From Candidatus Methylomirabilia bacterium (GTDB lineage Bacteria > Methylomirabilota > Methylomirabilia > Rokubacteriales > CSP1-6), in NCBI GenBank assembly GCA_041497895.1, contig JBGQHJ010000123.1, forward strand, positions 1 to 14,808: 14,808 nucleotides of DNA, written 5' to 3'. The position numbers were made by a program, and so were the translations under genes. How positions within the stretch are numbered: position 1 is the first letter of the stretch; each line of letters starts with the position of its first letter. The notes under the pieces were generated by a model that did not search any database, had not been told where the DNA came from, and saw only the letters and a program-made list of their open reading frames with translations. Shown in pieces: positions 1-8,696 of this stretch.

Positions 1-354
1 CACCGCGATCTCCGCGTACTCGCGGCCCCCCAGGTCGCGCACCGTGGTCACTCCCGCCTCCGCGGTCTGGCGCGCGCGCAGGAGCGCCTTGATCGCGGTC
101 AGCGCGAGCGGCTCCTCGCGCATCGGCCGCACCGGGTCGGCCTCCGCGCCGAGGCACAGATGCACGTGACAGTTGATGAGGCCGGGCAGGATCGTGTGGC
201 CCGCGAGGTCGACGCCGGCGCCGCGCGGCGCGCGCGCATCGTCCACCACCGCGGTGATCGTCCCGCCCTCCACCACCACCGAGCGCCCCCGGACCGGCTC
301 GGCGCCGGTGCCGTCGATGATACGGGCACCGCTCAGGACCAGGGTGTCGCTCAT
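1..354 (-). CDS. Amidohydrolase family metal-dependent hydrolase (Xaa-Pro dipeptidase/imidazolonepropionase-like), 3' end runs off the window
   Basis: Not in the ORF track because no stop lies in the window. ATG at 354, 2 nt after the dppC-like stop, translates to MSDTLVLSGARIIDGTGAEPVRGRSVVVEGGTITAV...DLAGHTILPGLINCHVHL...AGVTTVRDLGG. This shows the N-terminal beta-sandwich segment, the PGLI(D/N)xHxH metal-binding motif and the GVTTVRD motif. Confidence 0.88.
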   Translation of the reverse strand, partial: MSDTLVLSGARIIDGTGAEPVRGRSVVVEGGTITAVVDDARAPRGAGVDLAGHTILPGLINCHVHLCLGAEADPVRPMREEPLALTAIKALLRARQTAEAGVTTVRDLGGREYAEIAV

Positions 355-356
355 GG

Positions 357-1282
357 CTAGACCTTCAGGCGCGGGTCCAGGGTGTCGCGGAGCCCGTCGC
401 CGAAGAGGTTGATCCCCAGCACCGTGATCAGGATCGCGAGGCCGGGGAAGGTGGCGAGCCACCACGCGGTGGAGAGGTAGACGCGGCCGTCCGCCAGCAT
501 GCCGCCCCAGGTGGGGGTGGGCGGCTGCACCCCGAGCCCCAGGAACGACAGCGCGGACTCGATGACGATCACCCGCGCCATGTCCAGGGTGGCCACCACC
601 AGCCACGGGGTGAAGGTGTTGGGCAGCACGTGGTGGCGCAGCACGCGCCAGTGCTGGCTGCCGAGCGCGATCGCGGCCTGCACGTACTCGCGCTCGCGGA
701 TGGAGAGCACCTCGCCGCGCACCACCCGCGCGTAGACCACCCACGACGAGACCCCGATGACGATGATGATGTTGCGCAAGCTCGGCCCCAGCACCCCGAT
801 CACCGCGATCGCGAGCAGGATGAAGGGGAACGCGAGCTGGATGTCGGCCAGACGCATGAGGAAGTCGTCTACCCGACCGCCGAAGTAGCCCGCCATCAGC
901 CCGATGAGCATCCCCAGGACGCCCGAGATCGCCACCGCGGCCACCCCGACCATCAGCGCGATGCGCGAGCCGAAGACGATGCGCGAGAGGATGTCGCGCC
1001 CCAGGTGATCCGTGCCGAGGGGGTGCAGGCGCCCCTGCGCGTCCTGCCAGCCCGGCTCCCGCAGGCGCTGGCCGATGTCCTGCTCGAGCGGATCGAAGGG
1101 CGACACGAGCGGGGCGAACAGCGCGGCGAGCAGGACGCCCAGCACCACGAGCATGCCGAAGAGCGCGGTGCGCCGCCGGACCAGACGCCGCAGCAGGGTG
1201 GCCCACTCGCGGTCGGCCCACGGGCGGGGGGCCGCGAGCGGGACGACGGGGGTGGCCACGGACGACGGCCGAAGCGCGGCCA

Positions 1283-1283
<1 letters not shown>
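357..1283 (-). CDS. dppC: Peptide/nickel ABC transporter permease, DppC/OppC-like (308 aa)
   Basis: HPLGTDHLGRDILSRIVFGSR motif, EAA-like loop EREYVQAAIALG, ESALSFLGLG, and C-terminal GDGLRDTLDPR. The start was moved from 1547 to ATG 1283, which overlaps the upstream stop (TGATG). Confidence 0.92.
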
Positions 1284-2196
<913 letters not shown>

Positions 2197-2200
<4 letters not shown>

Positions 2201-3567
2201 GAGGTCACGCGCTCCAGCCGGGCCACCGCCTCGATGTGCGGGGTGTGCGGGAACATGTCCACCGGCTGGACCCACTCCAGGCGATAGCCGCCGCGCACGA
2301 GCTCGCCCAGGTCGCGGGCCAGCGTGGTGGGGTTGCACGACACGTAGACGATGCGGTGGGCGCCGAGCGTGATCAGCGCGTGGAGCGCCTTGGGATGGAA
2401 CCCGGCGCGCGGCGGATCCGCGACCACCACCTCCGCGGTCACCCCCTTGGCGATCAGGGCGGGCAGCACGAAGCGCACCTCCCCGCTCACGAAGGTGCAG
2501 TTGGTGATGCCGTTGGCCGTCGCGTTCGCCCCCGCGTCGTCCACCGCGGCCTGCGCGAGCTCGACCCCGTAGACCCAGCGCGCGCGCCGGGCCAGCAGCA
2601 GGCTGATCGCGCCGGTGCCCGAGTACAGATCGAGGACGGTCTCGGTGCCGGTGAGACCGGTCGACTCGACCACGAGGTCGAAGAGCCGCTCGGCCTGCCG
2701 GGTGTTGGTCTGGAAGAAGGAGTTGGCCGACACCCGGAAGGTGAGCCCGCCCACCCCCTCGCGGATGTGATCGCGGCCCCCCAGCAGGTGCTCCTCCACG
2801 CCGACCGCCACGCTCGCCTTCTTGGGGTTCACGTTCATGACCACGCTCGTGGTCCCCGCGTCGAGCGCCTGCAGGCGCTGGGCCAGCGGCGCCAGCTCCG
2901 ACACCGCGGGCGCCGAGGTCACCACGTTGGTCATCAGCTCGCCGGTGTGCTTGCCCTCCCGCAGCATCAGGAAGCGCAGCAGGCCCTCACCGGTGTCCTG
3001 CTCGTACACGGTGAGCCCGCGCTCGGCGAAGAAGGCGCGCGTCTCGGCGAGGAGCCCGTTCATCCGGTCCGACTGGAGCAGGCAGCGCTCGATGTCGAGC
3101 ACCGAGTCGTAGCGCTCGGTCTCGTGCAGGCCGACGACCATGGCGCCCCTCGCGCGCGCCACCGTGAACTCCATCTTGTTCCGGTAGCCGAAGGTCTCCT
3201 CCGCGCCGATGATGGGGCGGAGCGGGACGTCCCGGAGGCCGCCCAGGCGCTCGAGCGCGTCGGCCACCTGCTTGGACTTGAAGGCGAGCTGCGCCGGGTA
3301 GGCCACGTGCTGCAGGCGGCACCCCCCGCAGCGCCCGAAGTACGGGCAGGGCGCCTCCACCCGCTGCGGCGAGGGCTCCAGGACCGTCTCGATGATCCCG
3401 CGGCCGAACCGGGAGCGCACCTGGACGAGCCGGACCTGCAGCCGATCGCCCGGCAGCCCGCCCGGCACGAAGACCACGTAACCGTCGGCCCGACCGACGC
3501 CCTCCCCGCCGAAGGCGAGGTCGTCGATCGTCAGGGACAGAACCTCCCCTCGTCTGGGCCGCGCCAT
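2197..3567 (-). CDS. rlmD: 23S rRNA (uracil-5)-methyltransferase, RlmD/RumA (TrmA family), 456 aa
   Basis: ATG 3567 (MARPRRGEVLSLTIDDLAFGGEGVGR) begins a TRAM domain. Also the 4Fe-4S motif CPYFGRCGGC, YRNKMEF, SFFQTN, SAM motif DLYSGTG, DPPRAG, catalytic YVSCNP and DMFPHTPHIE. Confidence 0.92.
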
Positions 3568-3576
3568 GGTAGCGAC

Positions 3577-3605
3577 ACTATAAGTGTCCGTCCGATTGGA
3601 GTCAA
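3577..3605 (-). promoter_or_regulatory. Sigma70-type promoter for the rlmD-dppBC-amidohydrolase run
   Basis: The minus strand reads TTGACT (3605-3600), a 17-nt spacer, TATAGT (3582-3577), 9 nt, then ATG. It is a near-consensus AT-rich patch in a GC-rich background. Confidence 0.75.
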
Positions 3606-3681
3606 TTTGGCCCCGGCTCCCGCCGAGACGGTGACCGCGGGGCGGCCGGGCTCGGAAGTAGCGAGGAGATGGACGGTCGCG

Positions 3682-3687
3682 TATCAT
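3682..3687 (+). promoter_or_regulatory. Putative -10 element for the plus-strand gene run
   Basis: TATCAT lies 9 nt upstream of ATG 3697. The -35 at 17-nt spacing (TAGCGA, 3659-3664) is weak. Confidence 0.45.
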
Positions 3688-3696
3688 GGGGGAGCG

Positions 3697-5937
3697 ATGC
3701 GGAGTGCCTCTCGTTCTCCCTCTCCCGTCCGCGTGGGCAACGTGTTGCTCGCGGCCGTTCCCGCCCTCGAAGAGCGGCTGCTGGCCGAGCGCATCCGGCA
3801 AGGCTGGCGCGCCGCGGTGGGCGCCGAGCTCTCACGCCGGTCGCGACCCGGCGAGCTGAAGGCCGGCACGCTGACGATCATGGTCGACAACTCACCCTGG
3901 CTCCAGGAGCTCTCCATGCGATCCGCGGAAGTCCTCAACGCGGTCCGAGCCCGCTTCGGCCCGTCCGTCACCGCGCTGCGCCTGGGCCTCGCCGGCCCGG
4001 CTCCCGCGGAGCGACCGGCCCCGCGGCGCGCGACGCCTCCGACCGGCTCCCCCCGTCTCGATCCCGACGAGACCGCGCTCGTGGAGCGCGCCCTCGCCCC
4101 CGTCCAGGACCCCGAGCTCGCTAGGACGGTGCGCCGGCTCATGTCCAAGGACCTCATCGCGCGCCGCGCCCGCGGGCTCGTGGCCCTCGTCCTGGGCGGG
4201 GCCGCGCTCGGCGGCACGCTCGCCGGCTGCGCCACCACCGAGAGCAGCCAGGCCGAGCCGGTCATCGCGACGGCCCCGGCGGTGCGCCGGCCCATCGGGG
4301 CCCAGGGTGAGGCCTACGACCACTACGTGATCGCACAGATGGAGGCCCGGGCCGGCCGCCTGCCCCAGGCCATCGCCCAGCTGCGCGAGGCCATCAAGAC
4401 CGATCCCGATACCGCGACCCTCTGGATCCAGCTCTCGCAGTGGCTCACCCGCATCAACGACGTCCCGGGGGCGTTCACCGCCGTCCAGAAGGCCATCGCG
4501 CTGGAGCCCGGCAACGCGAGCGCGTACATGACGCTCGCCGACCTCTACAAGCGGCAGCGCCGCGTGCCGGAGGCGGAGGCCGCGCTCGAGAAGGCGGTCG
4601 CCCTCGATCCCAAGACGCCGGACGGCTACCTGGCCCTGGCCCAGCTCCACTTCGAGCAGAAGAACTACGACAAGGCCCGCTCGGTGCTGGGACGACTGGT
4701 GGCCGCGCGGCCGAACCTGTCGCAGGGCTACTACCTGCTCGGCCGCATCGGCATCGAGAACGAGCAGTGGGACGACGCCCTCACCAACCTCAAGCGCGCG
4801 GTCGAGCTCGACCCCGATCACGACGGCGCCTGGTCGGCCCTGGGCTTCGTCTACGAGGCCCAGAACAAGCTGGAGGACGCGGTCGCGGTCTACAAGGAAG
4901 CGCTCAAGGCGAACCCGGACAACGCGGCGTTCGTGGAGCGCCTCGGGGACCTCCTCGTCAAGCTCGGGCGCTACGGCGAGGCCCAGAGCGAGATCGAGGG
5001 TCTCGTGGAGTCGCTGCCGCGCGACCCGCGGGTATGGCTGAAGCTCGGCGCGATCCACTACGAGCAGAAGCAGTACGACCGCGCGGTCTCCGCGTTCCGG
5101 CAGGCGGTGACGCTCGAGCCCGGGAACATGCGGACGCGTTACTACCTCGCCACCGCCCTGATGGACGCGGGCAAGGAGGACGAGGCCCGCGGCGAGCTGG
5201 AGAAGATCCTCCAGGCGGATCCCCGCTCGATCGACGCGCGCGTGCAGCTCGGCTTCCTCTACGGACGCGCCAAGCGCTACGACGAGGCGGTGGCCACGCT
5301 CCAGGAGGCGGTCAACCTCGACCCCAAGCGCCCGGAGCTGTTCCTCTACCTGGGCACCGCGCTGCAGCGCGCCAACCAGTACGACCGGGCCGCCAACGTG
5401 CTGCGCGAGGGGCTCTCGGTCGACGACAAGAACAAGGACCTCTACTTCCAGCTCGGGGTCGTGCAGGAGAAGCAGCAGCGCTTCGACGACGCGATCCGCT
5501 CGTTCCGCCGCGTGCTCACGCTCGATTCCAAGCACGCCGAGTCGTACAACTACATCGGCTACATGTACGCCGAGCGAGGCACGAACCTCCCCGAGGCCAT
5601 CCAGCTCATCCAGCAGGCGCTCGCGCTCGAGCCCGAGAACGGCTACTTCATCGACAGCCTGGGCTGGGCCTACTACCAGCAGGGCCGCTATCCCGAGGCG
5701 CTGCGCGAGCTCAAGCGCGCGGTGAGCCTCGCCAAGGAAGATCCCGTCCTCTTCGAGCACCTGGGTGACGCCTACCTCAAGAACAACCTCTCCAGCGAGG
5801 CCATCGAGGCGTGGGAGAGGTCGCTCAAGGCGGATCCGGACGGCCCCACCGCGGCCCAGGTCCGCAACAAGATCAAGGAGACGCGGGAGAACCAGATCCG
5901 GGCCAAGGGTGCGTCGCCCAAGGCCGAGCAGAAGTAG
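3697..5937 (+). CDS. DUF721/DciA-like domain fused to a lipoprotein-signal-bearing tetratricopeptide repeat protein (746 aa)
   Basis: Residues ~11-98 resemble DUF721 (IRQGWRAAVGAELSRRSRPGELKAGTLTIMVDNSPWLQELSMRSAEVLNAV). A hydrophobic stretch ends in the lipobox LAGC (Cys178, 4228-4230). Many ~34-aa TPR repeats follow (ALEPGNASAY, ALDPKTPDGY, ELDPDHDGAW), ending in NYIGYMYAERG...DSLGWAYYQQG...EHLGDAY, typical of the TPR protein found upstream of lolB-ispE. The ORF-track extension back to 2236 is an antisense shadow of rlmD. Confidence 0.8.
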   Translation: MRSASRSPSPVRVGNVLLAAVPALEERLLAERIRQGWRAAVGAELSRRSRPGELKAGTLTIMVDNSPWLQELSMRSAEVLNAVRARFGPSVTALRLGLAGPAPAERPAPRRATPPTGSPRLDPDETALVERALAPVQDPELARTVRRLMSKDLIARRARGLVALVLGGAALGGTLAGCATTESSQAEPVIATAPAVRRPIGAQGEAYDHYVIAQMEARAGRLPQAIAQLREAIKTDPDTATLWIQLSQWLTRINDVPGAFTAVQKAIALEPGNASAYMTLADLYKRQRRVPEAEAALEKAVALDPKTPDGYLALAQLHFEQKNYDKARSVLGRLVAARPNLSQGYYLLGRIGIENEQWDDALTNLKRAVELDPDHDGAWSALGFVYEAQNKLEDAVAVYKEALKANPDNAAFVERLGDLLVKLGRYGEAQSEIEGLVESLPRDPRVWLKLGAIHYEQKQYDRAVSAFRQAVTLEPGNMRTRYYLATALMDAGKEDEARGELEKILQADPRSIDARVQLGFLYGRAKRYDEAVATLQEAVNLDPKRPELFLYLGTALQRANQYDRAANVLREGLSVDDKNKDLYFQLGVVQEKQQRFDDAIRSFRRVLTLDSKHAESYNYIGYMYAERGTNLPEAIQLIQQALALEPENGYFIDSLGWAYYQQGRYPEALRELKRAVSLAKEDPVLFEHLGDAYLKNNLSSEAIEAWERSLKADPDGPTAAQVRNKIKETRENQIRAKGASPKAEQK

Positions 5938-6694
5938 CCGCCTCCGCGCCCTCCTGCTGGCGGTGGTCCTGGGCGGCTGCGCCACCGCGGCGCCCCCGCC
6001 CGCCCCTCCGCCGGCCTCCGAGGAAGCGCGCGCGGCCCTCGCCCGGATCGAGCAGCATCGGCTCGCGCTACGGGACCTCCGCTCTCGGGCCAACATCACC
6101 ATCCGCCGCGGCGGCCGGGCCCAGCGCCTCACCGGGGTGCTGCTGCTCCTGGGTGAGCCCGCCACCATGCGCTTCGAGGCCCTCTCGCCCCTCGGCCCCC
6201 CGGTGCTCATCGTGGCCGGCGACCCGAAGAGCGTCACGCTCTGGGAGGTACTCGACAACCGGGCCTACATCGCGCCGGCCTCCCCGGACGCCAATCGCCG
6301 CTGGCTCGGCCTGGCGCTGAGCGTCGAGGACCTCGTGGCCCTGCTGGCCGGTCGCGTCCGGCCGATGCCGGATCCGGCGACGGTCGAGCTCGTGGCCGCC
6401 GACGCGGTCGGCCCCTCCCTCCGGCTCACCGGAGCCCCGGGGGAGCAGCGCATCTGGTTCGATCCCGACACCGGACAGGCCCGGCAGGTGGAGTGGACCG
6501 GCAAGAACCCGGCGCGCGTGACGTTCACGCCGGCCCCGGCGGACGGCCCGCCGGCCGGCTTCGCGCTCGAGACCGCGGATGGATCCCTGCGCGTCTCGAT
6601 CGCCTACGTCGAGCCCAAGATGAACACGTCGTTCGATCCTACCCTGTTGACCCTGACTGTTCCGCAAGACGTTAGAATTCAAGACTTCCGTTGA
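5909..6694 (+). CDS. Lipoprotein, probable LolB/LolA-fold outer-membrane lipoprotein receptor-like protein (261 aa)
   Basis: GTG 5909 gives MRRPRPSRSSRLRALLLAVVLGGC (basic n-region, h-region, lipobox Cys24). The body is beta-strand-rich and includes RFEALSPLGPPVL, reminiscent of LolB-like SPLG. It sits in the lolB position between the TPR gene and ispE and overlaps the TPR gene by 29 nt. Confidence 0.65.
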   Translation: MRRPRPSRSSRLRALLLAVVLGGCATAAPPPAPPPASEEARAALARIEQHRLALRDLRSRANITIRRGGRAQRLTGVLLLLGEPATMRFEALSPLGPPVLIVAGDPKSVTLWEVLDNRAYIAPASPDANRRWLGLALSVEDLVALLAGRVRPMPDPATVELVAADAVGPSLRLTGAPGEQRIWFDPDTGQARQVEWTGKNPARVTFTPAPADGPPAGFALETADGSLRVSIAYVEPKMNTSFDPTLLTLTVPQDVRIQDFR

Positions 6695-6720
6695 CACTCC
6701 GTCGCGCCGCGTGATAGCGT
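6691..6720 (+). promoter_or_regulatory. Sigma70-type promoter upstream of ispE
   Basis: Perfect TTGACA (6691-6696, overlapping the upstream TGA stop), an 18-nt spacer and an extended -10 TGaTAGCGT (6712-6720). An AT-richer stretch precedes it (gttagaattcaagac). Confidence 0.65.
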
Positions 6721-6728
6721 GTGCTGCC

Positions 6729-7625
6729 TTGTCGAAGCGGTCACGGGGTAGCCAGGGGCTTGTCCTCCGCACCTCGGCCAAAGTGAACTTGGCCCTCGAG
6801 GTGCTGGGGAAGCGGGGCGACGGCTACCATGAGATCGCGACGGTGCTGCAAGCGGTGGACCTCTTCGATCGCCTGACGATGGAAACGGCCGACATCCTCT
6901 CGCTCCACGCCGATGATCCCGAGCTGCCCACCGACGACGGCAACCTCGTGATGCGGGCCGCGCGGCTGCTCCAGAAGACCGCCGGGATCGAGAAGGGCGC
7001 ACGCCTGCGGCTGCAGAAGCGCATCCCGGTCGCGGCCGGGCTGGGTGGCGGCTCGAGCGACGCGGCCGCGACGCTCCTGGGCCTCAACCGGCTGTGGGGG
7101 CTAAGGTGGCCCCGGGCCCGGCTGCAGGAGCTGGCGGTGGAGCTCGGCATGGACGTGCCGTTCTTCCTGGGCACGGGCCGCGCGGTGGCGCGGGGGCGCG
7201 GCGAGCGCCTGCAGGCGCTCCCGGGCGGCGGCGGCTACGCGCTCGTACTGGTGAACCCGCGCACGCCGCTCTCCACGCGCGAGGTCTACGGGCGCGTGCC
7301 CGCGGGCTGGCACGCCGAGCCGACGGGCACGGAGCGGGTGATCGAGGCGCTGCGGCGCCGCAACGTGGCGGCGCTCGCGGCGGCGCTGACCAACAACCTG
7401 GAGCGGGTGGTGGAGCCGGTGCTGCCGGTGATCGGGCGCATGAAGGCGGCCCTCTTGGCAGCGGGGGCGCTCGGGGCGATCATGTCGGGCAGCGGTCCGA
7501 CGGTGTTCGGACTCGCGCGATCTCTGGACCACGCGCGCCAGGTCCGGTCGCGGGTGAGCCGGGCCGGCTGGGCCTGCTGGGCGGTCAGGACGAACTCGGG
7601 ACCGGCGATCCGGGCGAGCCGATGA
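6729..7625 (+). CDS. ispE: 4-(cytidine 5'-diphospho)-2-C-methyl-D-erythritol kinase
   Basis: AKVNLALEVLGKRGDGYHEI, KRIPVAAGLGGGSSDAAA (GHMP ATP-binding motif), DVPFF and MSGSGPTVF. The start is uncertain: TTG 6729 is preferred because GTG 6711 lies inside the predicted promoter. Confidence 0.95.
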   Translation: MSKRSRGSQGLVLRTSAKVNLALEVLGKRGDGYHEIATVLQAVDLFDRLTMETADILSLHADDPELPTDDGNLVMRAARLLQKTAGIEKGARLRLQKRIPVAAGLGGGSSDAAATLLGLNRLWGLRWPRARLQELAVELGMDVPFFLGTGRAVARGRGERLQALPGGGGYALVLVNPRTPLSTREVYGRVPAGWHAEPTGTERVIEALRRRNVAALAAALTNNLERVVEPVLPVIGRMKAALLAAGALGAIMSGSGPTVFGLARSLDHARQVRSRVSRAGWACWAVRTNSGPAIRASR

Positions 7626-7631
7626 CGGCAC

Positions 7632-7705
7632 TGGGGCGTCGTTCAGTGGCAGGACTCGGGGCTTTGGACCCCGCAATGGAGGTTCGATTCCTCCCGCCCC
7701 AGCCA
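7632..7705 (+). tRNA. tRNA-Gln (anticodon TTG), CCA encoded
   Basis: Acceptor stem TGGGGCG/CGCCCCA, discriminator G, then CCA. Anticodon stem CGGGG/CCCCG with loop CT-TTG-GA (TTG at 7664-7666). T arm GGAGG-TTCGATT-CCTCC. It occupies the known ispE-tRNA-Gln-prs position. Confidence 0.97.
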
Positions 7706-7728
7706 TTCCGGGCCTCAGGGGAGACACC

Positions 7729-8670
7729 ATGTCCTACGAGCTGAAGCTGTTCTCGGGCAACGCGAACCGGCCGCTGGCCGAGGAGATCGCGAAGACGCTC
7801 CAGCTCCCGCTGGGCGACGCGGACGTCTCGCGCTTCTCCGACGGCGAGGTCTACGTGCAGATCAACGAGAACGTCCGCGGCGAGGACGTCTTCGTGATCC
7901 AGCCCACCTGCCCGCCGGTGAACGATCACCTGATGGAGATGCTCGTGATGATCGACGCCTTCAAGCGGTCGTCGGCGCGGCGGATCACCGCGGTCCTGCC
8001 CTACTACGGCTACGGCCGCCAGGACCGCAAGGTCCAGCCGCGCGTGCCGATCACCGCCAAGCTGGTGGCCGACCTGCTCACCGCCGCGGGGTGCCAGCGG
8101 CTGCTCGCGGTGGACCTGCACGCGGGGCAGATCCAGGGCTTCTTCAACATCCCGGTGGACCACCTCTTCGCCCTGCCGCCGATCATCGTCGACCACCTGG
8201 TCAAGATGGAGCTACACGACCCGGTGCTTGTCTCGCCCGACGCGGGCGGCGTGGAGCGCGCCCGCGCGCTCGCCAAGCGGCTCAAGGCGGGCCTCGCCAT
8301 CATCGACAAGCGGCGCGACGGCAACAACGTCGCGGTGTTCATGCACCTCATCGGCGAGGTGAAGGGACGGGACGCGGTGATCGTCGACGACATGATCGAC
8401 ACCGCGGGGACGCTGATCCAGGCGGTCGACGCCCTCAAGCGCGAGGGCGCGCGGCGCATCGTCGCCTGCGCGGTCCACGGGGTGCTGTCGGGTCCCGCGA
8501 TCGGCCGCATCCGGGACTCGGTGCTGGAGGAGGTCATCATCACCAACACCGTGCCGCTCACCCCCGAGCGCCAGCTGTCCAAGATCCGTGTCCTCTCGGT
8601 CGCCCCGCTGCTGGCGGAGGCGATCCGTCGCATCCACGACGAGGAATCGGTGTCGACCCTCTTCGTGTAA
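7729..8670 (+). CDS. prs: Ribose-phosphate pyrophosphokinase
   Basis: FSDGEVYVQINENVRG, YYGYGRQDRK, DLHAGQIQGFF, VSPDAGG and the PRPP-binding VDDMIDTAGT. SD-like AGGGGAG upstream. Confidence 0.97.
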   Translation: MSYELKLFSGNANRPLAEEIAKTLQLPLGDADVSRFSDGEVYVQINENVRGEDVFVIQPTCPPVNDHLMEMLVMIDAFKRSSARRITAVLPYYGYGRQDRKVQPRVPITAKLVADLLTAAGCQRLLAVDLHAGQIQGFFNIPVDHLFALPPIIVDHLVKMELHDPVLVSPDAGGVERARALAKRLKAGLAIIDKRRDGNNVAVFMHLIGEVKGRDAVIVDDMIDTAGTLIQAVDALKREGARRIVACAVHGVLSGPAIGRIRDSVLEEVIITNTVPLTPERQLSKIRVLSVAPLLAEAIRRIHDEESVSTLFV

Positions 8671-8696
8671 GACCACTCAACAAGGAGCAACGAGTC

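Noticed and set aside
3610..3651. Imperfect GC-rich hairpin in the divergent intergenic gap
   Set aside because: It has no poly-T tail, lies between divergent promoters, and such pairing is common at this GC content.
2236..3696. N-terminal 487 codons of the 1233-aa plus-strand ORF
   Set aside because: This is an antisense shadow of rlmD that runs through the promoter gap, with no recognisable motifs. The plausible start is ATG 3697.
4300..5900. Periodic similarity at ~102-nt spacing
   Set aside because: These are protein-level TPR repeats, not a CRISPR array or DNA repeat.
4223..5986. Shared 13-mer CGGCTGCGCCACC at both lipoboxes
   Set aside because: Explained by the common G-C-A-T lipoprotein motif written in preferred codons, so it is not evidence of a repeat element.
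3892..6258. 788-aa minus-strand ORF
   Set aside because: It is antisense to the TPR gene. Long shadow ORFs are expected with strong GC3 bias, and no family motifs are visible.
7632..7728. tRNA as a possible integration site
   Set aside because: No duplicated tRNA 3' end, integrase or foreign-composition DNA nearby; prs follows directly.
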